Of a stretch of DNA of 64,000 bases, positions 1 through 10,470 are shown piece by piece (position 1 is the stretch's first letter; the number at the start of each line of letters is the position of its first letter). The notes beneath the pieces were generated by a model. The model was not told the DNA's origin. It saw only the letters and a program-made list of their open reading frames with translations, and ran no database searches. The stretch covers positions 225,597 to 289,596 of the forward strand of contig RQSC01000014.1 in NCBI GenBank assembly GCA_013416795.1, in the 5' to 3' direction. The stretch is from Prasinococcaceae sp. CCMP 1430. Lineage: Eukaryota > Plantae > Prasinodermophyta. Made by a program: the position numbers and the translations under genes.

Positions 1-275
1 CGCCGCGCGAGCGGCGTGCGCGCGCGCGGTTTGGGGTTGGGGCGCAGCTTGGGGCTGGCGCCGCTCAGCGAGGGGGCTGCGCGCGCGCGGGCCCGCCAGC
101 CCCTGCCCCGAGGAAGACCAGGGGTTTAGCCGTTTCGAGGCTAGGCGGGGCGTTGAGAAGGCGCGCCACGCAACCCCCCCACCCCCACCCACCCCACCCC
201 ACACGCCCTTTTCGCGCTCTGAGGCGGCGCTGACAACCTGCGCGGTCCACGCCCGTGCCCTGAGCGCGCGCGCAG

Positions 276-725
276 AAGTTCGAGAAGGGCATGAACAAGC
301 GCATCAAGGGCCTCAAGCGCCGCCAGAAGACCTTCGAGAAGGGCAGCGCTCCGTACGTGGCGATCGGCGACACCATCGCCAAGGCGAAGGCCCGCACGGC
401 GGCATACAAGAACAGCAACCTGCTCTGCGGCGCTGATGGCTACCCCCACCTCATCGTGGACGGCAACCTGGAGCACCTCGGCGAGTTCGTCTTCCCGGGC
501 CTGGGCTTCCTGTACATCTCCGGCTGGATCGGCTGGGTCGGCCGCAAGTACCTCATCGACGCGAAGGCTCAGGCCAAGCCCACCGACGCCGAGATCATCA
601 TCGACGTGCCCAAGGCGCTCGGCATCATGTTCGCGGGCTGGTCGTGGCCGGCGCTCGCGCTCACCGAGCTGCGCCAGGGCGAGCTGCTGGCGCCGGCGGA
701 CGAGGTGACCGTGTCGCCGCGCTAA
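276..725 (+). CDS. PSAF: Photosystem I subunit III (PsaF), 3' exon; the 5' exon with the transit peptide lies upstream of the window
   Basis: Motifs LLCGADGYPHLI, GEFVFPGLGFLYISGWIGWVGRKYL, EIIIDVP and the C-terminal VTVSPR match PsaF. A CTGAC branch point and acceptor cgcag at 271-275 open the frame at 276 (KFEKGMNKR). Confidence 0.97.
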   Translation, partial: KFEKGMNKRIKGLKRRQKTFEKGSAPYVAIGDTIAKAKARTAAYKNSNLLCGADGYPHLIVDGNLEHLGEFVFPGLGFLYISGWIGWVGRKYLIDAKAQAKPTDAEIIIDVPKALGIMFAGWSWPALALTELRQGELLAPADEVTVSPR

Positions 726-869
726 GCAGTGCCCGGCGTGCGCGCGCGATGTGTAAGTGCGAGTCGCGCCGCACGGGAAGTGCCCGCGCTTGTTTACCGT
801 GCGTGGTCCCTCCGGTGCACTTACTTACACTCACATGGGTGAGGGATCGGCCGCGCGGCCGGGCGCTTC

Positions 870-3626
870 TCACATGCACAGCAGCAGGTCGGCCACCGAG
901 ATGGGCCTGCGCACCGCGTTGGTGAAGCCCTCGTTGTACTTGAAGAGAACGGGGCGGTCCTCGGCGTTGCTCTTGCCCGTGCGCTCGCGCGCGGCGGTCC
1001 TGTGCTTCGCCTTGATCTTCTTGTACTTGTCCACCACCGCCATCGCCGCGGCCTCGCTGGCGCGCTTGGCCTCCTCCGTCGGGCGCGCGTCGCCCTGGGG
1101 GGACGCCTCGGCAGGGTCGCCATCGACGGCATCGGCGCTCGCGGCGAGCGCGCTCCTCGTGATCGCCTCCCTGTTGGCCTCGGCCTGCAGAGCGCGGCAC
1201 ACGGGGGCCGACAGCGAGCGCACGCCTCCGGGCGGCTTGCCCTCGAAGGTGCACAGCTCCCTGAGCGGCGGGCGCATCTCCATCGGGCCGGAGTCGAGCA
1301 ATTCGCCGCCGCCGGCGCGCGCGACGGGCCTGTACGACAGCCCGTAGGCGAGCATCACGCCCACGAGGTCTCCCACTGCATCGCCGTGCTCCGAGTTGCG
1401 CACGTGCCTGCCGAAGGCGTTGGGCGCCAGCTTCGGATTGGAGATGCGCAGCAGCGAGGACGCGTACTCCGTCTGCAGCGCCGTCGTGCACCCCGCGCCG
1501 ACGGCGCTCTGCAGCGCCGGCGAGATGCCCTGCCGCCACTCCGCGAGATTCGCGCCCGTCTCGGCCGCGCCGCGTCGCATCGCAGCCTGCGCCGTCGGCC
1601 AGCGCGGCCGCGCGCGATCCGAGCCGGCGATCGCCTTGTGCACGCCCAGCGTGGCGGCGGGCATGTAGCGCAGCGCCGAGTAGAAGCCACGCTTGCGCGC
1701 CGTGCCGGCGAGCTCGTCGCCATACGAGGCCCACTCAGCGGCCTGCGCCGAGCGCTTAAGGTCGGCATCTCGGAGGGGGTAGGCCTCGAGGTTCTCCATC
1801 AGCCCCGCTAGCACGAGTTCGGCGTCGGCGTCCTCGACGGCGCTGTAGATCGCGTCGAACTCGGCGCGCCTAGCGCGTTGCTTGTGCCCGGAGGTGCTGA
1901 AGCGCTGCCCAGGGCCCTCGCCCGACACTCGCCGCCGCCTGCGGAACTCGGGCGACTGCAGCAGCCTCGACCAGAGCTCGAAGAGGCTCTTCGTGCGGTC
2001 CTTGCGCCCGATGGGGAGGCTCTGGACGTCGTAGAGCTTGAGGCACTCCTTGCGCGCCTTCGCGAACTGCAGCGTGTTCAGACACGATCGCACGTCGCCT
2101 TCAGCCTTCTCGGCGAGCGCGTGCAGCGCGCGCTTGTCCGCGAGGAAGCCCTCTTGGCGGCAAATGTAGTTGAGGCGCGGCACCAGCGCCGACGCCGGCG
2201 GCGCGTCGAAGCGCAGCACCAGCGCCTGCTCGCGCAGCCGGCGGATGGACGGGGCGTACAGGTCGTTGCAGATGCAGACGATCGGGCGCATGAGCTTCTG
2301 CTCCTTCTTTCTCCTCTTTTGCCCCCCACCATCCTGGCCGTCGCCCCCCTCGCCGTCCTCCGGCGGGGGGGCGTCCTTCGCGCCCTTCTTGGCCGCGCCC
2401 GCATTGATGATCTTCAGGAGGGCGTCCACGGCGCCGCGGCCCTCCGGCCCACCGACCAGACCGTCGATCTCGTCGATGACCACGCAGTTGGGCCGCTGCC
2501 TCTCGCCCTTCTTGGCCATCACGCTCTGCATCTGCACTGCGTCGGTGACGCGCTTCTTGAGGGCCGACGCCTGGCGCTCGTCGGACGCGTTGATCTCCAC
2601 CACGCGGTAGCCGCAGTGCGAGGCCGCCACGTTGGCCAGCGTGGTCTTGCCAAGTCCGGGCGCGCCGCAGAGGAGCACCACTTTGACCTCGGGACGGTTA
2701 TCATCACCCTGCGCGCCCGCCGCGGGCGGCGGTGGGGCAGGCGCGCCGCCGTCCTGCTCACCGCCCGCGCGCGCGCCCGTGCATCGGGACCAGCTGCTCA
2801 GCCAGCGCAGCAGCTCTCGGTTGCCACGCTCGTCGCTGAGCAGCTCGGTGAAAGACTGGGGCGCGTACTTGTCTACCCACAGTCGGGCAGGCGCGTCGCT
2901 CGCCGCGCTCGAACGCTGGGCTGCCGTGCCTCCGTTCGCGCCGGCCCCCGCCTCTGCCGCCTCCAGGCGTCTGTCGACTTCCCCCTTCCGACGGCTCAAC
3001 TTCTCCGCTTGGGCCTCGTCGACCTGGAGCAGCAGCTCGCTCAGCGGAACGCCGAGCAGCGCCCTCCCCCGAGAGGCGCCCTCGGGCGCGGCTGGGGGCG
3101 GCGGCGCGGCCAGCGCAGCGTCCTGGCCGACATACGCGCGCTCGCCCGACGGTGCTGTCACTTCCATCATGCCGCCCTCGACGTGCGCGGCGATGGCGCG
3201 CACGGGCTGCAGCGCGCGCCTGAACGCGCTCGCGTCCTCCTCCTCCTCCTCTGTGTCGATCACCTGGGGCGGCTGTTCCGGCTCGTCTTCCGGTCCAGAC
3301 TGTCCCTCCTCGTCCTGATTCTCCTTCTGCGTATCCTCCGAGCGCGCGCGCTTCGCATGCCCCGCGACGAGTGCGTCCGCGCCGTTCGCCGGCCGCTTGC
3401 GCTGCGCCTCCTCCTGCCCGCCGCCGGCCGTCCCGCGACGCCCCTGCTGCCCCTGTTGCTGCTGCTGCTGCTGCTGCTGAGCGCCGCCGATCTCGCCCTC
3501 GTCGTCGTCGGGCGGCATCTGCGGCGGATCTTCCTCCTGCTGCATGGCCTCCATCTCGAGCATCGCCTCCAGCTCGTCGGGGTCGTCGCCCAGCATGTCC
3601 ATGCCGTCGAATCCGTCGCCGTCCAT
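870..3626 (-). CDS. CTF18: Chromosome transmission fidelity protein 18 (RFC-like clamp loader large subunit), about 918 aa, intronless
   Basis: WVDKYAPQSFTELL, Walker A GAPGLGKTT, EINASD, Walker B VVIDEIDG, RPIVCICNDLY, GDVRSCLNTLQF and the CTF18-specific C-terminus FKYNEGFTNAVRRP. Start taken as MDGDGF at 3626; the track's extension to 4688 is a GC-rich shadow. Confidence 0.95.
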   Translation of the reverse strand: MDGDGFDGMDMLGDDPDELEAMLEMEAMQQEEDPPQMPPDDDEGEIGGAQQQQQQQQQGQQGRRGTAGGGQEEAQRKRPANGADALVAGHAKRARSEDTQKENQDEEGQSGPEDEPEQPPQVIDTEEEEEDASAFRRALQPVRAIAAHVEGGMMEVTAPSGERAYVGQDAALAAPPPPAAPEGASRGRALLGVPLSELLLQVDEAQAEKLSRRKGEVDRRLEAAEAGAGANGGTAAQRSSAASDAPARLWVDKYAPQSFTELLSDERGNRELLRWLSSWSRCTGARAGGEQDGGAPAPPPPAAGAQGDDNRPEVKVVLLCGAPGLGKTTLANVAASHCGYRVVEINASDERQASALKKRVTDAVQMQSVMAKKGERQRPNCVVIDEIDGLVGGPEGRGAVDALLKIINAGAAKKGAKDAPPPEDGEGGDGQDGGGQKRRKKEQKLMRPIVCICNDLYAPSIRRLREQALVLRFDAPPASALVPRLNYICRQEGFLADKRALHALAEKAEGDVRSCLNTLQFAKARKECLKLYDVQSLPIGRKDRTKSLFELWSRLLQSPEFRRRRRVSGEGPGQRFSTSGHKQRARRAEFDAIYSAVEDADAELVLAGLMENLEAYPLRDADLKRSAQAAEWASYGDELAGTARKRGFYSALRYMPAATLGVHKAIAGSDRARPRWPTAQAAMRRGAAETGANLAEWRQGISPALQSAVGAGCTTALQTEYASSLLRISNPKLAPNAFGRHVRNSEHGDAVGDLVGVMLAYGLSYRPVARAGGGELLDSGPMEMRPPLRELCTFEGKPPGGVRSLSAPVCRALQAEANREAITRSALAASADAVDGDPAEASPQGDARPTEEAKRASEAAAMAVVDKYKKIKAKHRTAARERTGKSNAEDRPVLFKYNEGFTNAVRRPISVADLLLCM

Positions 3627-3990
3627 CGCGCGCCGCGCCGCCGCCGCCGCGGGCGGGCCGGGGCTCCCGGAGCGCGCCCGCGCGCGCGCGCGCGCGCATT
3701 TCGCGCGCGCGCCCCCGCCATCGCCCGCCATTGGCTCGGCGCGTCGCCATCGCCATTGCCATTGCCATCGCCGCCCTCCGATCCGCTTTTCGAACTCGGC
3801 CCGCTCCCTTTTTTCGAACCGAAACGCGCGCCTCCATGGGACGCAGCTGACTGATGCTGATTGGCGCGCGCGGAGCGGGCGCGGGCGCCAGAGGGAGCGC
3901 GAGGGCGGGAGGGCGGAAGCAGGTGCAGCCGCGGCGCCGAAGCCGGGGGGGGGGGAAGGAGGGTGTGGGGGGGGGACGCGTGGGGGAGAG
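3627..3990. promoter_or_regulatory. Bidirectional promoter of CTF18/RNASEH2C with E2F-like sites
   Basis: Head-to-head ATGs at 3626 and 3991. TTTCGCGC at 3699-3706 and ATTGGCGC at 3860-3867 fit WTTSSCSS, but chance matches are common at this GC content. Confidence 0.45.
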
Positions 3991-4452
3991 ATGGCGGGAG
4001 GGGGCGCGAGCGCGGGTGCGGGCGGGCTGCCTGCGCGCAGGGTGCAGCTGCTGCCGGCGGCGGTGGAGCACAACGGCGCGGCGGCGGTCGAGCGGTACTT
4101 CGAGCCGATCGTGCGGGAGGCGCGAGAGGGGGAGGGCGGGCGCGTGCTCGCCGGCGCGCTGCGCGGGCGGAAGCTGGAGGGCGTCGAGGCCGAGCTGCCT
4201 GACGGCTTCTCGGGCGTCGTGGTGCAGAACTTCGGCCCGCCGGGCGGAGCGCCGCGCTGGCGGCGGCGCGCGGCGTTCGAGTCGATGCGCGTGTGGCGCG
4301 TCGAGGTGGCGCCCGACGCAGAGGGCGACGGCATGCTGCGCGCGCTCGGCTCGCTCGCCGCGGCGCGAGCGATCGCCAAGCCAGTCGACAGCGCGCGGAT
4401 AGAGAGGGCCGTCGAGGACATGCGCGAGAACAAGCGCCCGCGCGCGGCGTGA
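3991..4452 (+). CDS. RNASEH2C: Ribonuclease H2 subunit C
   Basis: VQLLPAAVEHNGAAAVERYF, LRGRKLEG..LPDGFSGVV, FESMRVW and RAL..LAAARAIAKPV fit the RNase H2 subunit C pattern. ATG at 3991. Confidence 0.85.
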   Translation: MAGGGASAGAGGLPARRVQLLPAAVEHNGAAAVERYFEPIVREAREGEGGRVLAGALRGRKLEGVEAELPDGFSGVVVQNFGPPGGAPRWRRRAAFESMRVWRVEVAPDAEGDGMLRALGSLAAARAIAKPVDSARIERAVEDMRENKRPRAA

Positions 4453-4506
4453 GCGCGTGAGCGCTCGTGGCCACCGCTCCGACGAAACGAAACAATACAG
4501 GTATAA

Positions 4507-5460
4507 TTAGTACACAGCGGCTCTGGCTCTGGCAGCAGCAGCGGCCGCGGCGCGAGCGCCCGGAGTGCCGTCACCATCGCCGCGGTCATCGCCATCGCCG
4601 TCGGGGGCTGGCAGCGCGCCCGCCGGCGGCGGCAGCCCCGCCTGGGTGAGCGCAAGGTCCACGACCTTGATGAGCGCCGCGCCGCCAACCACCTGCCCGA
4701 TGTACGTCCCCCGACCCGGCCGCACCAACGTGCCCAGGCCTGCGCCCAGCGCGTAACCCGCCAGCTCGCCGGCCGCCATGATCACGTTGCGTAGCGTGCG
4801 CAGCGCGTACGCAAGCGCGCGACGGCGCGCGGGCAACGAGGAGCGCAGCAGGTCGAGCGTGTCCAGCGACTGCGCCACTGTCCAACCCGCCAGCACGCCG
4901 AGCGACTGACCCCTCGCGACGGTGGGCACCATGTCCATGGCGACGCTCAGGCGACGCCCGCCGCCAGCGCGCGCCGCCTTGCGCAAGGCTGATGCGCCGA
5001 AGTCCTGCGGGGAGACACCGTGTCAGAACAGTCTCTAGTCGCGCACGCTGGACGCACCGCGGTGCCGACGCCGACGCAGCGCACAAGAGCCCGCACCTTT
5101 GTCAGCTTCCACGCCAGCTCCGGCCTGAGGATCCTCTCCGCGACGCGCTCGAACACACGGCGCAGCGTGACCGTCGTCCACTCGCGCAGGACGACCTTGG
5201 TGACAACGGGAAGAATGGCAGTCACGTCTGGGAAGGGGGGCAGGGGCGGCGGCTCCGTGTCGTTCGCCTCGGCCTCCTCGGTCTGCCTCTGCGCGGCAGG
5301 GGCGGGGGGCAAGCGTGCAGGAGCGCGCAAGAGAGAGAGAGAGAGAGGCGAGGGCGCACGGGACGAGTGCGTGCGACGATGACAGGGCATGCCGTCGCAC
5401 CGCAACGTGCGCGAACCGTCAGCACGACAGCGAGACGCGACTGGTGTGTGCGGGGATGCG

Positions 5461-5511
<51 letters not shown>

Positions 5512-5904
5512 TGGGGGGGGGCCCCCCCCCCCCCCCCCCCCCGCGCGCGCGCTTCGACGCACTTTGACCTCGTCCGACCACTGCTGGAGCTTCGGCGAGA
5601 ACTGCAGCGCCGCCGCTCGCATGATGCTCAGGCTCATGTCGCGGCGATTCAACCATGAGACGAGGGAGTGCTGCACGATGGGATAGTGCTTGCTGCTGCC
5701 CTTCAGCGAGGTCGAAGCCGCAAAACCCACGCTCGCCTCGGCGAGCATGAGGCCGCGCCCGAAAGTGTGGGGCGTAATCGCAGTGGCGGCGGCCGCGGCG
5801 GCCGCCGCGGCGGCGGCGGTGGCAGCAGTCCCAACCATTGGCCCTGCGCGCGTGGACGCGCCCGCCAGCGAGGCCGCCGAAGAGGCCGCGGGTGCCGTCA
5901 GCAT
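4507..5904 (-). CDS. Uncharacterised probable membrane protein, 3 exons (5904-5563, 5288-5097, 5004-4507)
   Basis: Phase-0 junctions AAA|GTGCGT..cgcag|AGG and AAG|GTGCGG..ccgcag|GAC join into one frame: ...LRRVFERVAERILRPELAWKLTK DFGASALRKAAR...LGVLAGW...GAGLGTLVRPGRGTYIGQVVG. From memory this resembles a conserved uncharacterised plant family. The start could be 5904 or 5838. Confidence 0.7.
5461..5542. repeat. Homopolymer block C51-T-G9-C21 inside an intron
   Basis: Read directly from the sequence; it lies in the 5562-5289 intron of the minus-strand gene. Confidence 0.9.
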
Positions 5905-6268
5905 GCCGGCCGTGCCGCCGCGTCCGGGCGGACGGGTCGAGCACGCGTTCGCGCGCACGCGCGTGCCTGCTCGCGGCCGCTCTGAGGTCGCCTGCCGGGC
6001 GCGGTTGCGCGCGGTGGAGCGGCCGTCGGCGGCCTGCCTGCGTCCCTCGATCAGCTCGGTGGAGCGCACGCAGGAGGTGGGTGGAGGCGCGGGAGTGCCG
6101 CGCACGGGGCGGGGGGAGAGTGCGCGCACTGTGGGGTGCGCAGGCGCGGCTGCTGCGCGCCATTCGAGGCGCAGCAGCATCGATAATTTCATCAGAGTCG
6201 CCCTTTCCAGGCGCAATTCTGTCTTATTCTCGCCCGGGGAGCTCAACTCACGCGGCTACAGTTTGGAC

Positions 6269-7345
6269 CTACTCCAGGGCGTCCAGCCATTCGAGCAGCT
6301 TGGCATTCGTCTCCTCCGGCGCGTCATCGAACGGGCAGTGGTTGGCGTCCACTGTGGTGTACGTCGCCGCCGGCCTGCGCGCGGGCAGAGTCGCGAAGAA
6401 CTGGCCGACCGGCCCATCCGGCGGTGTGATGGTGTCCGAGCGGCCGTACAGGACGAGCAGCGGCAGCTCCTCGGGCATCTTAGCGACGCACGCCTGCGGC
6501 GTCGGTCCCGGCGGGCCCGTCAGGATGCTGACGAAGGCGTCCAAGGCACCCTCGTCCTCCGCGCAGCGCGTGATGATGCGCACAAGCTCTTCGTCGGCAC
6601 GGCTTGTGTTGACATAGACGGCCCCGAGAGCGCCAGCTACCGACTCGGCCGTGCGGACTTTTTCAAAGATGTAGCGCGCGAAAGGCCTGAGCTTGAGCAG
6701 GGCGTCCAGGAGGAGAAAGATTGGCGCGACGAGAGTGAGCCGCAGGTCCCTCTCCCCCGATTCGCCCTGCCTGTTGAGCACCGCCTTGTTGTTCAGGCCA
6801 CCGGCGCAGTTGAACAAAACCACCCCTGAAAACACCTCGGGGCGCTCGGCCGCCGCGCACAGCGTGCTGAGCGAGCCCAGGCTGTTGCCACACACGATGG
6901 CGCGGTCGGCGTCAACCACTTCCGACACGAAGTCTGATATTTGCTCCCCCCACAGCTCAATCTCGTACTGCACGCGCGGCTTCTCGGAGCGGCCAAGGCC
7001 GAGCAGGTCCACGGCATACACGTCTCGTCCGGTGGCAGCGATCGCGCCTATGTTGTCGCGGAAGTGGCCCACCGCGCCGCCGAAACCGTGCACGAGCACG
7101 ACAGGCGGCTTACCGCCCCCGTTCCCTCGGCGCCCGTCCAACCGCGCGTAGTTGACCCGGTGGCCGCGCCACTCCCACGACTCGTACGCGCCGTCCTCGG
7201 TGAGCTCGAAGCCTCGCGAGGGAGCCGCCGCCGCCGCCGCCGCCGCCACCCGCCGCCGCGACCGCCCCCGCCCCACGCGCAACGCGGCGCGCGGCGCGGC
7301 CAGTGCGGGGTCCAACCCCGCCGCGACCGCCGCCGCCGCCGCCAT
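6269..7345 (-). CDS. CLD1: Plastid alpha/beta hydrolase, chlorophyll dephytylase 1-like
   Basis: Ala/Arg-rich transit peptide, LVHGFGG, nucleophile elbow GNSLG, FNCAGGLNNKAV, EGALDAFVSILTGPPGP, TPPDGPVG and catalytic His in NHCPFDD. These motifs match Arabidopsis CLD1 as I recall it. Confidence 0.85.
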   Translation of the reverse strand: MAAAAAVAAGLDPALAAPRAALRVGRGRSRRRVAAAAAAAAPSRGFELTEDGAYESWEWRGHRVNYARLDGRRGNGGGKPPVVLVHGFGGAVGHFRDNIGAIAATGRDVYAVDLLGLGRSEKPRVQYEIELWGEQISDFVSEVVDADRAIVCGNSLGSLSTLCAAAERPEVFSGVVLFNCAGGLNNKAVLNRQGESGERDLRLTLVAPIFLLLDALLKLRPFARYIFEKVRTAESVAGALGAVYVNTSRADEELVRIITRCAEDEGALDAFVSILTGPPGPTPQACVAKMPEELPLLVLYGRSDTITPPDGPVGQFFATLPARRPAATYTTVDANHCPFDDAPEETNAKLLEWLDALE

Positions 7346-7637
7346 CCCCCCTTGCCTAACCCCTTCTCCCCGCCGCCGCACCAGCGCGCCGCAGTGGCGC
7401 GCCGCAGCGCGCGCACACATCTTATCCTCTTCTGAGCCCAACCAGCACCGGGACAGTCTCGGGTGCGCCGCAGTAGGTCAAAATGCATCTGGCCACTTTT
7501 GACCTTGTTTTTAGAGGCGCATGCGAAGTCGTCTCCACCCGCCAAACGGTCTGGCGGGAAGGCCGGCGCGAGCAGGCCAGCGGTGAACGCCGCGGGCGCC
7601 AGAGCGGCCGCGGGGCGCGCGCCCGGCCTCGGCGGCG

Positions 7638-8606
7638 ATGACATGGGGGGGCTCGCTTGGGGCACTGCCGCCGCGCGAGCGGCACGCCGCGCTGCTCGCG
7701 GCGCTGCCGCGACAGCCGCCCAAGCGGACGCTCACCGACGCCGACCTCGTGCGCGAGACGTACCGCTTCCTGCGCTCGGCCGGCGACGACGCGGACGCTG
7801 CCAGGCAGGGCGTGTCCGTCGCGGCGCTCGCGACCGCCTACTACGCGAGGCTCCATCGCGAGTACGTCATCGCTGACCTCTCGGCAGCGGCGGAGGGCCG
7901 CGTGGGCATGCGCTGGCGCACGGAGGGGGAGGTGCGAGAAGGCCGCGGACAGTTCACGTGTGGCGTGCGTGGATGCTACGCGCCGGGCCCGCACGCGGAC
8001 GTGCGGGGGAGCGGGCGCTCGCGCGCTGTCCTCCGCTCGTACGAGCTTCACTTTCAGTACCGCGAGGCCGACGTCGACAAGGAGGCGCTCGTCAAGCTGC
8101 GCTGCTGCGAGCGCTGCTCTACGCGTCTTGCCCAGGCACGGCGCAGGGAAGCGCGCCGAGCCTCGCGGAGAAGCAGTCGCGGGGAGAGGGAGCTGAGAGA
8201 AACGGCGGCAGCTCCCGGCGGTGACGCTAATGCAGGGGAGGGCGCGGGCAGAGGCTCGAGCGCGGGCGGCGCGAAGGCCAGCCTTGGTGAAAACCTCGTG
8301 CGCACAAATGAGACGCTAGCAATACCGGCATCCATCCCGCTGCTCGGCTCCGCGCATGCGGACGCCAGGAAGCGCCAGCGTGGAGACATCTGCGGCGGGT
8401 CGACCGGGGGCGGCCGGAAGCACGCGCGCACGGAGGGGGCCGAGGGCGACAGCTCCCAGGCACGGGCCGCTGCGCCCGCGGGGGCGGACAGCGCTCCGCC
8501 GCGACCACCAGTGCCTGCGAGCGCGCACGTCCACCGACCAGGTGGGGCCGCCGCCCGAGAGGCCGAGGAGGCCGCCGAGCAGCTGCTGCGCGAGATGTTC
8601 GAGTGA
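7638..8606 (+). CDS. FRA10AC1: FRA10AC1 homolog (folate-sensitive fragile-site protein, splicing-associated)
   Basis: TDADLVRETYRFLR, YYARLHREYVIADLS, GMRWRTEGEVREGRGQFTCG..C, LRSYELHFQY.E and EALVKLRCCERC. Confidence 0.92.
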   Translation: MTWGGSLGALPPRERHAALLAALPRQPPKRTLTDADLVRETYRFLRSAGDDADAARQGVSVAALATAYYARLHREYVIADLSAAAEGRVGMRWRTEGEVREGRGQFTCGVRGCYAPGPHADVRGSGRSRAVLRSYELHFQYREADVDKEALVKLRCCERCSTRLAQARRREARRASRRSSRGERELRETAAAPGGDANAGEGAGRGSSAGGAKASLGENLVRTNETLAIPASIPLLGSAHADARKRQRGDICGGSTGGGRKHARTEGAEGDSSQARAAAPAGADSAPPRPPVPASAHVHRPGGAAAREAEEAAEQLLREMFE

Positions 8607-8644
8607 CGCGCCCCCGAGCGCGCTGCCTGCGCTGCCGCTCGCTC

Positions 8645-8661
8645 TAAACCCTGAACCCTAA
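8645..8661. repeat. Short interstitial telomere-like/telo-box repeat (TAAACCCTGAACCCTAA)
   Basis: About 2.5 units of plant-type CCCTAAA, between the FRA10AC1 stop and the P4H promoter. Confidence 0.45.
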
Positions 8662-9040
8662 TTATCGCTTCTTCAAAACAACTGGTCGTGAACGTTCCAC
8701 CCTTCCAACCTTGGATCCCCAGACCCGGACCGCCCAGAGGCCCCGCAGAGCAGTTCGCAGGCTGCGTTCCCCGCGCAACCGCCGAACAGAGAGGGAGGGG
8801 GCGGCGAGCGGGCGAGCGCAGCGCTGGGTACCGGCCGGCGGGTGGGCAGGGGTTCGAGGCGGCGGGATGGGCGAGGGATGCCATAGGGCGCTGCTCGCAC
8901 GCGGAGCCCCGCGAGGGCGGGTGGGGCAGCGAGTTGGCGAGCGAGAGAGCGCGCGTGCGGATGCGCTCGCGGGAGCGGGCGTGGGTGCTCCGGACGACTG
9001 TGAAGGGCAGCGAGCCGGGCGGGCGGGGGGAACGCGGGGC

Positions 9041-10341
9041 ATGGCGCGGGCAGCGGCGCGAGAGTATGGAGGAGTGCGTGTGTCTGTAGCGTATGTGCTC
9101 TTCATAGCCGCGATCGCGACGGCAGCGTTCCACATGGGGGTCATCGCCGCCGGGCGGAGGGGCACGCTGGAGCCGCGCGCAGCCGCGGAGCAAGCGTTGG
9201 TGGCGCGTGCGCGCCCAGACATCGAGCGCAGGGAGCTGTCGGTGACCGGGGCAGTGCGCGGCGCACGCGCTTCACGCGGCCCCAGCAGCAGTGAGGTGGG
9301 AGAAGGGTGGGCCACGGGTGGCGGCGGGGGCGTTCGCGTGATCTCGTGGGCACCGCGCGCGTCGGTGTGGCGCGGCTTCCTCAGCGATGCGGAAGCCGAC
9401 ACCATCGTTGCGCGTGCGCGGCCACTCATGGAGCGCTCGCGCGTGGTGTCGGAAACAGGCGAGGGCGTTGAGAGCAAGGCGCGCACTAGCCGTGGGGCTT
9501 TCCTGCCCAGGCACAATGTGAGCGACATTCGCAAAGTGGAGGACCGAATCGGTGCGTGCTTGAAAGAGCGCGAGAGAGTGTGCCACACCCGCAACTTTGA
9601 CGCAAGTGCGCTGGCGGGCACCGCAGCTGACCCTGCTCCCGCGTGTCGCTTCACCACATGCTCTCCCCTTCCGCCCCGCACGAGCGCACAGCCGCGTGGA
9701 CTTCCTTGCCATGGTACAACGGCGAGGCGATGCAAGTGCTGCAGTACGAGCGCGGTGAGGAATATACCGGTCATCCCGATTGGTTCGACGACAGGACAGG
9801 CAGCGCATCCCACCTCAAGAACGGCGGCCAGCGCGTGGCCACAGTATTGATGTATCTGTCGGACGTCGACGCTGGCGGCGAGACCGTCTTCGACAAGGCT
9901 GACCCAGCCGCAGAGGTGAATGCGTACGGCAATGCCCGCCAGGCCGCCGCCGAAGTTGCGCCGCTGCACGCGAGCACGTGCGCCTCCAAGGGACTCGCCG
10001 TGGCGCCGCGCAAGGGCGACGCCCTGCTCTTCTGGAACGTGCTCCCCAATGGGACCGCCGATCCGCTGAGTGTCCATGCGGGCTGCCCTGTGGATGGAAC
10101 TAGACCTAAGTGGACCGCCACCAAGTGGATACGCGCCGGCAGGCACTCGGCGGAGGGCGATCGTCCCCCGTCGCGGTGCATCGACACAGAGTCGATGTGC
10201 TCGTCGTGGGCGCGCAGCGGCGAGTGCGAAGCCAACCCGGACTTCATGCTTGGCGTGAACGGCTTCGACGGCGCGTGTGAGCTCTCGTGCAATCCGCAGT
10301 GCGCGGGCAAGCGAGCGCGTGACCCGGCCTCGGGGCGCTGA
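9041..10341 (+). CDS. P4H: Type II membrane prolyl 4-hydroxylase with C-terminal ShKT domain, 2 exons (9041-9551, 9692-10341)
   Basis: ISWAPRA, RTS.GAFL, Fe ligands HPD...HAGCPV, RVATVLMYL, GGETVF, KGDALLFW, KWTATKWIR and a Cys-rich ShKT tail (CIDTESMCSSWARSGECEANPDFM). The intron G|GTGCGT..cacag|CC restores the frame. Confidence 0.92.
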
Positions 10342-10470
10342 TGCGCCCAATGGGCCCCATGGTATACCTGCGCCGCCCGCAGCAAGCAATAATAAAACAG
10401 TGATCCCGTCGTACGTGCATCGATCGCCGCGCGTGGTGTCCCGCCAACGAATGGCAGCAGCGTCGGCGCA

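Noticed and set aside
870-4688. 1272-aa version of the CTF18 ORF starting at 4688
   Set aside because: The 5' extension overlaps RNASEH2C and the neighbouring gene in antisense and is low-complexity; the homologous acidic N-terminus begins at 3626.
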